From an uncultured Bacteroidales bacterium (GTDB lineage Bacteria > Bacteroidota > Bacteroidia > Bacteroidales > UBA932): a stretch of DNA of 64,000 bases. This document shows, piece by piece, positions 46,376 through 56,404 of this stretch. Both the position numbers and the translations under genes were made by a program. The first letter of the stretch is position 1, and every line of letters starts with the position of its first letter. The stretch is taken from positions 20,755-84,754 of the forward strand of contig CALUST010000024.1 in NCBI GenBank assembly GCA_944323505.1. Direction: 5' to 3'. The notes beneath the pieces are model-generated. The model worked only from the letters and a program-made list of their open reading frames with translations, ran no database searches and was not told the origin of the DNA.

Positions 46376-46552
46376 TTACTTATTTTGCTGAAATCATCAA
46401 ATTACATTAAGTAACCGAGTCTACTCGAATGGCAATGACAGGCCTATGTGACCTTTCGGGGGATCCCTTTGCGGGACGGAGGAAGTCAGACCCAGATTTT
46501 CGGAGCTCAAATCTTATTCATATAAGATTTCCAGACAATCAGACTAACGGCT
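46367..46552 (+). ncRNA. ssrS: 6S RNA
   Basis: 186-nt rod: 10-bp closing stem agccgttagt/actaacggct, extended by UUG-CUG-AAAUC/GAUUU-CAG-CAA; A/U-rich central bubble; apical stem; position just downstream of zapA. Confidence 0.7.
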
Positions 46553-46570
46553 TTTTTATTATGGACATCC

Positions 46571-46607
46571 GACCGGTCGGCTTCCCAGCCGCACCGGTCT
46601 TTTTTTT
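46571..46607 (+). terminator. Intrinsic terminator between 6S RNA and rny
   Basis: gaccggt-cggct-(tccc)-agccg-c-accggtc followed by a T8 run. Confidence 0.8.
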
Positions 46608-46657
46608 GACGGGCCTGCGGATAAGGATTAGAAAGAACATAAACAATATAGAAGAAT

Positions 46658-48199
46658 ATGCAGATTTTATTTTACTTTTTAGCGGCGGCCATAGGGGCCA
46701 TAATCGCCGTCGGGACATATATATTTGTTCATAAGTTGCTGTTGAAAGGACAGAAAGACGAAATCATCCAGAAAGCCGAACTCGAGGCGGAGAACATCCG
46801 CAAGGAGAAGATTTTCCAGGCAAAGGAGAAATTCCTCCAGCTCAAGAGCGAGCATGAACAGTATATCAACGAGAAGAACAACCAGATTCACGACACGGAG
46901 AACAGGCTGAAACAGAAAGAGAACAGTCTCAACCAGCAGAACGCCGAACTCAACCGCAAGAACCGTGAGACGGAGGCCATCAGAGAGAACCTCAAGAACC
47001 AGATGGAACTCGTCACGAAGAAATCCGAAGAGTACGAGAGGCTCCGGACAGAGGCCATCCGGCAGATAGAGAACATCGCCGGGATGACGGCAAACGAGGC
47101 GAAGAACCAACTCATGGAGAACATGAAGGCCGAGGCAAGGTCCCAGGCTCAGTCATACATCAACGATGTCATGGACGAGGCAAGGCTCAATGCCAGCAAG
47201 GAGGCTAAGAGAATAGTCATCAACACCATACAGAGGACAGCATCCGAGACAGCCATCGAGAATGCGGTGACAGTCTTCAACATCGAGAGCGATGAGATCA
47301 AAGGACGCATCATAGGACGCGAGGGAAGGAACATCCGTGCCCTTGAGGCAGCCACAGGAGTCGAGATTGTTGTTGATGACACTCCTGAGGCAATCCTGCT
47401 CTCAGCCTTCGACCCTGTAAGAAGGGAGGTGGCAAGACTCGCCCTTCACCAGCTGGTCGTAGACGGGCGTATCCACCCTGCCAGAATCGAGGAAGTGGTG
47501 GCCAAGGTGCAGAAGCAGCTGGAGGACGAGATCATGGAGACGGGCAAGAGGACATGCATCGACCTCGGCATCCACGGGATGAACATCGAGCTTGTCAAAC
47601 TGATCGGGCGCATGAAATACCGTTCGTCATACGGTCAGAACCTGCTCCAGCACTCAAGGGAAGTGGCGAACATCTGCGCCACGATGGCATCTGAACTCGG
47701 ACTTAATCCGAAGATAGCCAAGCGTGCCGGACTGCTCCACGACATAGGCAAGGTCTCTGACGAGGATCCGGAGCTTCCTCACGCAATACTCGGAATGAGG
47801 CTTGCCGAGAAGTACAAGGAGAAACCGGAGGTCTGCAACGCCATCGGTGCACACCACGAGGAGATTGAGATGACATCAATCATATCCCCTATCGTCATGG
47901 TCGGCGACGCCATCTCAGGAGCAAGACCGGGTGCAAGACGGGAAGTGATCGAGTCATACATCAAGAGACTGAAGGACATGGAGAACATCGCCAAGTCCTA
48001 TCAGGGAGTGACAAAGACGTACGCTATCCAGGCCGGAAGGGAACTGAGAGTGATTGTCGGAGCCGAGCAGGTGTCAGACAAGGATGCTGAGACACTGTCC
48101 GGCGAGATAGCAAAAAAGATACAGGAAGAGATGGTCTATCCGGGCCAGGTGAAGATAACTGTCATCAGGGAGACACGCTCCGTGGCTTTTGCAAAATAA
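46658..48199 (+). CDS. rny: Ribonuclease Y
   Basis: N-terminal TM, coiled coil, KH domain ([13 protein letters not shown]), HD domain (LLHDIGK). Confidence 0.97.
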   Translation: MQILFYFLAAAIGAIIAVGTYIFVHKLLLKGQKDEIIQKAELEAENIRKEKIFQAKEKFLQLKSEHEQYINEKNNQIHDTENRLKQKENSLNQQNAELNRKNRETEAIRENLKNQMELVTKKSEEYERLRTEAIRQIENIAGMTANEAKNQLMENMKAEARSQAQSYINDVMDEARLNASKEAKRIVINTIQRTASETAIENAVTVFNIESDEIKGRIIGREGRNIRALEAATGVEIVVDDTPEAILLSAFDPVRREVARLALHQLVVDGRIHPARIEEVVAKVQKQLEDEIMETGKRTCIDLGIHGMNIELVKLIGRMKYRSSYGQNLLQHSREVANICATMASELGLNPKIAKRAGLLHDIGKVSDEDPELPHAILGMRLAEKYKEKPEVCNAIGAHHEEIEMTSIISPIVMVGDAISGARPGARREVIESYIKRLKDMENIAKSYQGVTKTYAIQAGRELRVIVGAEQVSDKDAETLSGEIAKKIQEEMVYPGQVKITVIRETRSVAFAK

Positions 48200-48237
48200 T
48201 CCGGGCTTTCCTTAACCCGACAAATACATCTTGAATT

Positions 48238-50187
48238 GTGAGATACCTTATTCATAAGACATTAATGGCGATGGCGGCAATATGTGCCGCTATTGCCGCT
48301 TACGGACAAGGCCTCGGCCAGGCTCCGCTGCAGACTATAGACTGGACAGTATCTTCAGAACAGGTCGAAGGCAACACCTACAGGCTCGTGTTCTCGGGAG
48401 AGATTGAAGAGGGCTGGCACACATACGTGCTGGACAGCGAATGGTATCCTACGGACGTCATATTCGACACTCCTGCCGGATATTCACTTGAAGGCGATAC
48501 TTACGCCCTCACTGAGCCTGTGGACTTTGAAGGAGACCCGGTCTATTTCGACAGGATTGTCATCGCACAGGACATAAAAGTCGACACGACGGTGGCGACT
48601 GTATCCGGGGAACTGACCTGGATGTCGTGCACGGAAATCAACTGCGCCTCACCTGAATACCACAAATTCAGCATCAAGATAAAGAACACGGCTGCAGCAC
48701 AGGGAGAAATCTCTGCCGCGGACGAAGGCAAAGGCTTCAACTGGGGCATCATCATAGAGGCCATCCTGTGGGGATTTGCCGCCCTGCTCACCCCATGCGT
48801 ATTCCCAATGGTTCCTATGACCGTATCATTCTTCATGAAAGGCTCGTCATCCCCTGCCGCAGGCAGGTTCAAGGCAGCAATGTACGGTCTGTTCATCGTA
48901 TTGCTTTACACTGTCCCTATTTCTCTCATCATCCTGATTACAAGGATAGTCGGAGGAGACGCAGTGACTGCCGACATATTCAACTGGCTTGCGACGCACT
49001 GGATACCGAATATCATCTTCTTCATAGTATTCATGATATTCGCCGCGTCGTTCTTCGGGGCATTTGAGATCACTCTCCCGTCATCCATTGTCAACAAGAG
49101 CGACAAAGGAGCTGACAAAGGCGGGCTTGTCGGCATATTCTTCATGGCTCTCACCCTTGTGCTCGTGTCATTCTCCTGCACAGGACCGATTGTCGGCTCG
49201 GTACTCATCAAGGCCACCCAGGGAGAGTTCTGGGAGCCGATGGTGGCTATGCTGGCATTCTCTCTCGCATTTGCGATACCGTTCACCATACTTGCACTCT
49301 TCCCTTCCCTGCTGAAGAATCTTCCAAAGAGCGGGGGTTGGCTCAATTCCGTCAAAGTAGTGCTCGGATTCATTGAAGTCGCACTCGGATTCAAGTTCCT
49401 CAGCGTGGCAGACCAGACATACCATTGGGGTCTGCTTGACAGGGAGGTCTACCTTGCAATCTGGATTGTGACATTCTCGCTTCTCGGGCTGTACCTGCTC
49501 GGCAAGATCAGATTCGCCAATGACGACAAGGTCGAGCACATCTCGGTCAAGAGGCTGACACTCGCCATCGCGGTATTCTCTTTCGTGGTCTACATGATTC
49601 CGGGAATGTTCGGAGCGCCGCTGAAAGCCCTTTCTGGCTACCTGCCTCCTATCACCTCACAGGATTTCGTGCTCGGCTCAAACACAGGGAACACTGCGCC
49701 ACAGCAGGCGAACGGCAATCAAGGGGAATCTTCGAGGTTTGATCTCCACCTGCCGCTCGGTCTAAGCGGATACTTCACTCTTGAAGAGGGGCTTGAGGCG
49801 GCAAAAGAGACCGACAAGCCTGTATTCATAGATATTACGGGCCATGGATGCGTCAACTGCCGCGAGATGGAGTCCCGAGTATGGAGCGACCCTCAGGTGC
49901 TCGACATACTCAGGAATGACTACATCATCGTGGCTCTGTACACTGACGACAAGACCCGTCTCGAAGAAGACGAATGGGTGGAGACCGAGAACGGAGACAT
50001 GCTGAAAGACCTCGGAAGGGTCAACTCCTACATCGCAAGGACGCGGTTCGGAGTAAATGCCCAGCCGAATTATGTGCTGCTCAGTCCTGACGGGGAAATG
50101 CTGGTCCCGGTCAGAGGCTATGACCTCAGTATCCCGGGATTCGTAGAGTTCCTGCAGTCCGGCCTGGCCAAGATGCAGGAACAATAG
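48238..50187 (+). CDS. dsbD: Thiol:disulfide interchange protein DsbD
   Basis: N-domain CTEINC; TM Cys in LTPCVFP and FSCTGP; thioredoxin CVNC; GTG start. Confidence 0.9.
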   Translation: MRYLIHKTLMAMAAICAAIAAYGQGLGQAPLQTIDWTVSSEQVEGNTYRLVFSGEIEEGWHTYVLDSEWYPTDVIFDTPAGYSLEGDTYALTEPVDFEGDPVYFDRIVIAQDIKVDTTVATVSGELTWMSCTEINCASPEYHKFSIKIKNTAAAQGEISAADEGKGFNWGIIIEAILWGFAALLTPCVFPMVPMTVSFFMKGSSSPAAGRFKAAMYGLFIVLLYTVPISLIILITRIVGGDAVTADIFNWLATHWIPNIIFFIVFMIFAASFFGAFEITLPSSIVNKSDKGADKGGLVGIFFMALTLVLVSFSCTGPIVGSVLIKATQGEFWEPMVAMLAFSLAFAIPFTILALFPSLLKNLPKSGGWLNSVKVVLGFIEVALGFKFLSVADQTYHWGLLDREVYLAIWIVTFSLLGLYLLGKIRFANDDKVEHISVKRLTLAIAVFSFVVYMIPGMFGAPLKALSGYLPPITSQDFVLGSNTGNTAPQQANGNQGESSRFDLHLPLGLSGYFTLEEGLEAAKETDKPVFIDITGHGCVNCREMESRVWSDPQVLDILRNDYIIVALYTDDKTRLEEDEWVETENGDMLKDLGRVNSYIARTRFGVNAQPNYVLLSPDGEMLVPVRGYDLSIPGFVEFLQSGLAKMQEQ

Positions 50188-50190
50188 ACA

Positions 50191-51927
50191 CTACCTGAAC
50201 AGCAGTTCCATATCCTTTGACATGAGCCTGTCCGCGAGTCTTTCGGGGACAAAATGCCATTCACCGACAAGAGCCCTGTCTCCGATGACAGCAGGGTCTA
50301 TTGAGCCGTGCTCCTTGATATAGTCGTAGAGCAGTTCCCTGATTTCCGGATACCTTGCCTTGATCCTGACATCTATCGAATCTGTATCTATACCGGCTCC
50401 ATATCTCATGATACCGCCACCACCGCTTGCTCGATAGGAGGTCATGGCAACATTGTACACCCCGTCCATATCAAATGCGGAACCGTCGGCCATGGAACGG
50501 ATGACAACCCTCTCGCCTGCAGGTCTGGTGACATCAACATCGTACACAAGACCGCCGGCAGAGTCGAAATTGTAACTGCGGCCGACAAATGACCACCTCT
50601 TCAGCCCTGTCCGCGGATCAGGCTCATTCCTCATCATCAGAAGACGCTCGTCTCCCCTGCCGGAAACCGTATTTACCCAATAACGGTATGAATATTCCAG
50701 ATAATCCTTTATCTCCTTTCCTGTCATTTCGACCACATACAACTGGTTCTCGAAAGGATAGATAGTGAACAGGTCATTGTAGAGCAGAGTCCCGGGCGCG
50801 ACAGTGCCGTCAAAAGTCAGAGGCGCGGCAAATGACAGGTCAGCCTCTGGGACACTCAGAGAGATGGCATGAATAAGATTGACATAGTCACACATCCCCG
50901 TATACGCGTCCCTTGTCCTCAATTCGGTCTCCAATTCCCCGACAGGACGGAGGGTGAACTCCTTTACTGTCTCGAAATCAGAATGGAACTTGCTCTCCAT
51001 CGCGGCATCCACCTTATCCTTGTCGACAGGAATGAGCCCGGCCTCAAGCGACTTGGAAACGCATTTACCGTCTTTTATCTCCACTGTCACCGCTCCGTAT
51101 CCGACATTCCGGCAATGGCTTCCGGTATTTATCAGACAAATGCTGTCATTCTGCGCGATGAACGGCCTGTGGTCATGAGAGCATACCAGGAAATCCACGC
51201 CCTTGAGACTCTTGAAAAGATCCAGTCCCTGGCTTTCAAGCATGGTGCCGTCCCCGTTGCCTGTACCGGCATGGACAGCCACGATGACGATATGCGGGTG
51301 CTCCGTCTCAATGACATTGTCTACATAGTCCTGGACATAAGGCAGCAGGGACTCGAATGTCATCCCGCTCCACAGGCTGTATGAAAGCCAGTTCTTCATG
51401 TTCGGATTGGTGAATCCGAGTATCGCTATCCTTATCCCATGACGTCTCAGTATGACATAATCCTCAAAATACGGCTTCCCTGTATCATCGGAGACGGCAT
51501 TTGCCGCAAGGAACGGGGTCTTCATCTGCCTGACAAGCCTGTCATATACAGGATGACCTGTCTCGATGTCATGGTTGCCGACCACGACGGCATCATACTT
51601 CATATAGTCCGCCATCCTCGCATAGAGATGTGTGGAGACGGTATCCACATAGTTGAAATAATACGCCGCATTATCCCCCTGAAGGCAGTCTCCAGCATCA
51701 ACAAGAATGACATTGGACTCCCCGACCGCATTCCTGACACTGTCCACATACCACGACACGGACATCAGGGAATTGCGCGTCCCGTCACCGACATAGAGCG
51801 AATCGAAATAACGGCCGTGCACATCATTAGTAGTCAGCAGGCGGAAAGTGTAGGTCCCGTCTTTCGGACCGCAAGATGACAGCACAAGCAGTGCTGCCGC
51901 AAATAAAATGAAAGTCAGTTTTCTCAT
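50191..51927 (-). CDS. Bifunctional metallophosphatase / 5'-nucleotidase lipoprotein
   Basis: Lipobox LSS|C; TNDVHG, DAGDCLQG, GNHD, SHDH, YPFEN. Confidence 0.9.
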   Translation of the reverse strand: MRKLTFILFAAALLVLSSCGPKDGTYTFRLLTTNDVHGRYFDSLYVGDGTRNSLMSVSWYVDSVRNAVGESNVILVDAGDCLQGDNAAYYFNYVDTVSTHLYARMADYMKYDAVVVGNHDIETGHPVYDRLVRQMKTPFLAANAVSDDTGKPYFEDYVILRRHGIRIAILGFTNPNMKNWLSYSLWSGMTFESLLPYVQDYVDNVIETEHPHIVIVAVHAGTGNGDGTMLESQGLDLFKSLKGVDFLVCSHDHRPFIAQNDSICLINTGSHCRNVGYGAVTVEIKDGKCVSKSLEAGLIPVDKDKVDAAMESKFHSDFETVKEFTLRPVGELETELRTRDAYTGMCDYVNLIHAISLSVPEADLSFAAPLTFDGTVAPGTLLYNDLFTIYPFENQLYVVEMTGKEIKDYLEYSYRYWVNTVSGRGDERLLMMRNEPDPRTGLKRWSFVGRSYNFDSAGGLVYDVDVTRPAGERVVIRSMADGSAFDMDGVYNVAMTSYRASGGGGIMRYGAGIDTDSIDVRIKARYPEIRELLYDYIKEHGSIDPAVIGDRALVGEWHFVPERLADRLMSKDMELLFR

Positions 51928-51938
51928 CAGAACAAAGA

Positions 51939-52793
51939 TTATTTCAGTTCAATATCAAGCTTGTAATTGTCCGCACGTCCCAGTACAGGGAACGAAGCCC
52001 TGAACCGCAGCATCTCGGCCATGTCCAGCGATGCCATGGCGACTCTTGTACCGCACACCTCTACAACAGATGACCTTGTGCGTCCGCGATGGTTGACAAC
52101 GGCAGAGCCACCGCTGTACTCCATCAGGGAGTCACTGCCTGCTCTGTTGCAGAATGCTGCATAGGCGACATTCTCTATAGCCCTGGCAGCAAGCAGCGCA
52201 CCAGCTTCACGCATTCTCGCAGCGGGCCAGTTGGCGACATTGATGTACAGGTCATACGGAGAGGAGGCATTGTTGCGGCTCCATACGGGGAAACGCAGGT
52301 CGAAACAGATTCCGGGAAGTATTTTCCAGCCTTTGTAGACCAATACCGTCCTGTCCGTGCCAGGGGTGAAAATCTCTCCCTCTCCACCGAAGAAAAGATG
52401 CCTCTTGTCATACGTACCGATTACGCCCTCAGGAGTGACGAAATAGAACCTGTTGAACCGTTTGCCGCCCTTGTCCCACACAGGGACGGAGCCCGCCACT
52501 GCACAATCGTACAGAGCAGCCATCCTTTTCATCCATTCGAGAGTCCGGGACGAGCCTGGGAACTCCACAATGCGCGGACTCATGGAAAAGCCGGTACTGA
52601 AACATTCCGGAAGAATGAGTATATCCGGACCTCCATGCCCCTCCAGATTGAATACGGCATCGGTCACGGCATCAAGTCTCGCAAGATTGGCCACGGTATT
52701 TTCCCACTCCGGGGAGAACTCCACCAGGGCGAGATTCAGAGAGGCTGCGGTCTTCGTGACAACGGCCGCATTTTTTCTTCGCGGTATCAACAT
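51939..52793 (-). CDS. Nitrilase-superfamily omega-amidase (YafV/Nit2-like)
   Basis: LPECFSTGF, YDKRHLF, ICFDLRFPVWSR, ANWP. Confidence 0.88.
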   Translation of the reverse strand: MLIPRRKNAAVVTKTAASLNLALVEFSPEWENTVANLARLDAVTDAVFNLEGHGGPDILILPECFSTGFSMSPRIVEFPGSSRTLEWMKRMAALYDCAVAGSVPVWDKGGKRFNRFYFVTPEGVIGTYDKRHLFFGGEGEIFTPGTDRTVLVYKGWKILPGICFDLRFPVWSRNNASSPYDLYINVANWPAARMREAGALLAARAIENVAYAAFCNRAGSDSLMEYSGGSAVVNHRGRTRSSVVEVCGTRVAMASLDMAEMLRFRASFPVLGRADNYKLDIELK

Positions 52794-52799
52794 GGCGAT

Positions 52800-54065
52800 T
52801 TACATTTTTTCTGACATCCTTCTGTTCCGGGATTTTGACAGCCTGTCCATGAATTCCTGCAGGTTGAAATGCACTGAGACCAGCTGCTGCCAGCCGGTAA
52901 ATCCCCCGCTGAAATGCAGCACGGCAGCCACCTTAAGGTCAACGAAATCAGACAGTCCCGGCTCCCATGCCACTTCAAGCCTGTCGTAGAAATGCCATCC
53001 GCCCGCATCACGGACCCGATAGAACGGGTCTCCGAAATACAGGTCAGAGGCATATTTCCGGCCTCCGGTCCCGACTGAATTGTAGTACGGCATCATATTC
53101 TCCCCGTAAAAGAGGCGGTTCACTACACTTACATTCCATTTGCCTATCCCCGCGACAATCTCTGCCCCCCCCGCAGCGACATATTTATGCACGAGTTCCC
53201 TGTCATTCTGCAGGGACTGCAGCCACCCCGCCGAGAGATACAAAGTCTGCATGACCGGCGCGAGCCTTGAAAAATCAACCTTGAGATATGGATTCACAAG
53301 AATATTGTCGACGACGCCTCCGGCATTGGCCGAACCTGCGAAATGGTACATATAGGCCGAATACCCGAGGGAAACGAGCCTTGACACCTCGCCTGCGCCC
53401 GAACTGAAGATCATGAACCTCTCCCTCCTGTCCACACCGGCCATCCCCATCCAGTCACACCCCACCTCAAATGAAGATGCAGGTCTGCGGAACTTCAGCA
53501 GAAGACCTTCGATGTTGTTGTCATACCAGGCAAGTGAATCGGAAAAGAATGCGGTCGAGTAGGCGTCAGACATGAATCTCCTCGGAATGATACCCGCCAT
53601 GAGAGAAAAGTCTGTCTTGCCGAGCCTGCGGTCGAACCCGTAATAGAACACGACTTCGTTCAGGAGCCTTGAGTTGCGCAGACTCGGAGAATATTCATCT
53701 TCCGCCCCCTCAGACGGGCTTCCGGCGGTCACAGGGGAACGGCCGAAATCCTTCATGACATCGATGCCCAGCATGAGCCTGTGGGAAGAGCCGTCCCCGG
53801 GTGCGAACGAGACCCCGATACAAGGTGTCAGTCTGGCTCCTAAAATCGTATATGAAGGGAAGATATGTGACCTGTCGAACTCCCTGTTGTCAAAATTCAT
53901 CTTGAAATCGACATCGTATGCAAATCTCACCTTGCCGCTCGCAGTCTCAGAAGAGTCTGCAGTCTTATAGTCTGCAGCGGAAAATACAGGTGACGGGAAC
54001 AGAATCGCAGTGGCTGCTGCGAGCACAGAAAACAGTATCTTCAAATATACCTGCCTGTTCATCAT
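52800..54065 (-). CDS. Hypothetical exported protein, probable outer-membrane beta-barrel
   Basis: Signal peptide; alternating aromatic/hydrophobic strands; FDNREF motif seen in conserved Bacteroidales proteins. Confidence 0.6.
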   Translation of the reverse strand: MMNRQVYLKILFSVLAAATAILFPSPVFSAADYKTADSSETASGKVRFAYDVDFKMNFDNREFDRSHIFPSYTILGARLTPCIGVSFAPGDGSSHRLMLGIDVMKDFGRSPVTAGSPSEGAEDEYSPSLRNSRLLNEVVFYYGFDRRLGKTDFSLMAGIIPRRFMSDAYSTAFFSDSLAWYDNNIEGLLLKFRRPASSFEVGCDWMGMAGVDRRERFMIFSSGAGEVSRLVSLGYSAYMYHFAGSANAGGVVDNILVNPYLKVDFSRLAPVMQTLYLSAGWLQSLQNDRELVHKYVAAGGAEIVAGIGKWNVSVVNRLFYGENMMPYYNSVGTGGRKYASDLYFGDPFYRVRDAGGWHFYDRLEVAWEPGLSDFVDLKVAAVLHFSGGFTGWQQLVSVHFNLQEFMDRLSKSRNRRMSEKM

Positions 54066-54189
54066 GACTGGTTTTGGGTGTCAAAGTTACCCAAAATCTG
54101 CCGAAAATCCATCCTGATATGCCAGGATTTGTTTTGCGATTAGAGATTCAGATGTTATTTTTGTCTCCTCCACACAATAATATGCCGAC

Positions 54190-55050
54190 ATGTTGAAGCT
54201 ACAGACACAAGTTGAATGCGGGAGAAGCCGCATCGATATCTCATACAACGACAAAATCCTGATAATCGGGAGTTGCTTTGCCGACAACGTCGGAGGGATA
54301 ATGTCCGATCTTGGCTTCAATGTCTGTGTCAACCCTTTCGGGACACTTTACAATCCGCAGTCGATATGCAATTCGCTGGAGCGTCTGCAGGAATGCAGGC
54401 TGTTCACAGACGGGGACTGCGTGGAAATGGGCAGCGGGGCCGGACTCGTATGCTCCTTCAGCCATCACACCTCGTTCGCAAGGAAAAATGCCAAGGACTT
54501 CCTGACCGAGGCGAATGACGCTCTCGTGAGGGCGTCAGGATTCTACCGGGAGTGCGGCAAGGTGATAGTCACGCTCGGCACGAGCTGGTGCTACAGGAAC
54601 ATCTCCAACGGGCAGATCGTGTCAAACTGCCTGAAAAGGGATGCGAAAGAATTCGTCAGAGAACGGATGGAGACTGAGGAGACGGTCAGACTGCTGTCTG
54701 ACGCCATACGGAGGAGCGGCAAGAAATTCATTCTCACAGTCAGCCCCATCAGGCATCTGAAAGACGGGGCTCACGGCAACCAGGTCAGCAAAGCCTCGCT
54801 GCTTCTCGCGGCAGACAGGCTGTGCGGGATGTTTCCGGACAACTGCGACTATTTCCCGTCATACGAAATCATGATGGATGAACTGCGGGATTACCGGTTC
54901 TACGCCGAGGATATGCTGCACCCCTCTGTGCAGGCAGTCAGATACATCTGGGAGAGATTCTGCGATTTCGCCCTGCCGGAGAGCGAAAGGCCACTCCTGA
55001 ACCGTAACGAAAAGGCATTCCGCCAATCCCTCCACAGACAGATGCACTGA
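54190..55050 (+). CDS. GSCFA domain protein
   Basis: IGSCFA, NPFGTLYNP, TVSPIRH, YFPSYEIMMDELRDYRFY..D..HP. Confidence 0.92.
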   Translation: MLKLQTQVECGRSRIDISYNDKILIIGSCFADNVGGIMSDLGFNVCVNPFGTLYNPQSICNSLERLQECRLFTDGDCVEMGSGAGLVCSFSHHTSFARKNAKDFLTEANDALVRASGFYRECGKVIVTLGTSWCYRNISNGQIVSNCLKRDAKEFVRERMETEETVRLLSDAIRRSGKKFILTVSPIRHLKDGAHGNQVSKASLLLAADRLCGMFPDNCDYFPSYEIMMDELRDYRFYAEDMLHPSVQAVRYIWERFCDFALPESERPLLNRNEKAFRQSLHRQMH

Positions 55051-55070
55051 ATCTCACAGAAATTGATTCC

Positions 55071-56402
55071 CTATCTGCGCGGACGACGCATATTGCGCAT
55101 GGCATTCGCCATTCCTCCGCCCATGACGGCCTTCATCATCCGACGGGTGTCCTCGAACTGCTTGAGCAGGCGGTTCACCTCCTGAAGCGATGTACCGCTT
55201 CCGTCTGCAATACGCTTGCGGCGGCTGCCGTTGATAATCTCCGGTCTTTCCCTCTCCTCAGGAGTCATAGACATGATGATAGCCTCTATGCCCTTGAATG
55301 AATTATTGTCTATGTCCACATCCTTGAGAGCCTTGCCCATACCCGGTATCATAGATGCAAGATCCTTGATGTTGCCCATCTTCTTCACCTGCTGGATCTG
55401 GTCATAGAAATCCATCAGGGTGAACTGGTTCTTGGCAAGTTTCTTCTTGAGTTTGCGTGCCTGTTCCTCGTCAAACTGCTCCTGAGCCTTCTCCACGAGG
55501 GTGACGACGTCTCCCATGCCGAGTATACGGTCGGCAATCCTCTTCGGATGGAAGACATCCAGAGCCTCCATCTTCTCACCCGAGCTTACGAACTTGATCG
55601 GCTTCCCGACGACGGCCTTGATGGAAAGTGCCGCACCGCCTCTGGTGTCGCCGTCCATCTTCGTGAGCACCACTCCGTCAAAATCAAGCCTGTCATTGAA
55701 TGCCTTGGCTGTCTCCACTGCATCCTGACCGGTCATGGCATCGACCACAAACAATGTCTCTGTCGGGTTGAGAGCCTGCTTCAGGGCGGAAATCTCGTCC
55801 ATCATCTCCTGGTCCACTGCAAGACGTCCCGCAGTATCGACAATCACCAGGGAGATGCCGTCCTGTCTTGCTTTTGCGACAGCTCTCCTGGCTATTCCCA
55901 CAGGGTCCTTCACCCCGTCCTCGGAATACACAGGCACCCCTATCTGCTCCCCGAGCACCTTCAACTGGTCAATTGCCGCCGGACGGTACACGTCACAGGC
56001 TGCGAGCATCACCTTCATTCCCCTCTTGCTCTTGCAGTTCAGTGCCAGTTTCCCTGAGAAAGTGGTCTTACCGGAACCCTGGAGACCGGCGACAAGCACA
56101 ATGCCTGGATGCCCCTTGACATTGATGTCGCTCGACTCGCTTCCCATGAGGGCGGCAAGTTCGTCATGGACAATCTTGACCATCATCTGCTCCGGCTTGA
56201 CGGCAGTAAGCACGTTCATGCCGAGAGCCTTCTGCTTCACATCCTCGCAGAACTGCTTGGCTATCTTATAACTCACATCGGCATCAAGCAGAGCGCGCCT
56301 GATGTCCTTAAGAGTCTCGGCGACATTTATTTCTGTTATCTTGCCTTCACCTTTGAGTATCTTGAACGAACGTTCAAGCCTTTCAACCAAATTCTCAAAC
56401 AT
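55071..56402 (-). CDS. ffh: Signal recognition particle protein
   Basis: GLQGSGKTT, DTAGR, TKMDGDTRGGAAL, Met-rich M domain. Confidence 0.98.
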   Translation of the reverse strand: MFENLVERLERSFKILKGEGKITEINVAETLKDIRRALLDADVSYKIAKQFCEDVKQKALGMNVLTAVKPEQMMVKIVHDELAALMGSESSDINVKGHPGIVLVAGLQGSGKTTFSGKLALNCKSKRGMKVMLAACDVYRPAAIDQLKVLGEQIGVPVYSEDGVKDPVGIARRAVAKARQDGISLVIVDTAGRLAVDQEMMDEISALKQALNPTETLFVVDAMTGQDAVETAKAFNDRLDFDGVVLTKMDGDTRGGAALSIKAVVGKPIKFVSSGEKMEALDVFHPKRIADRILGMGDVVTLVEKAQEQFDEEQARKLKKKLAKNQFTLMDFYDQIQQVKKMGNIKDLASMIPGMGKALKDVDIDNNSFKGIEAIIMSMTPEERERPEIINGSRRKRIADGSGTSLQEVNRLLKQFEDTRRMMKAVMGGGMANAMRNMRRPRR

Positions 56403-56404
56403 AT

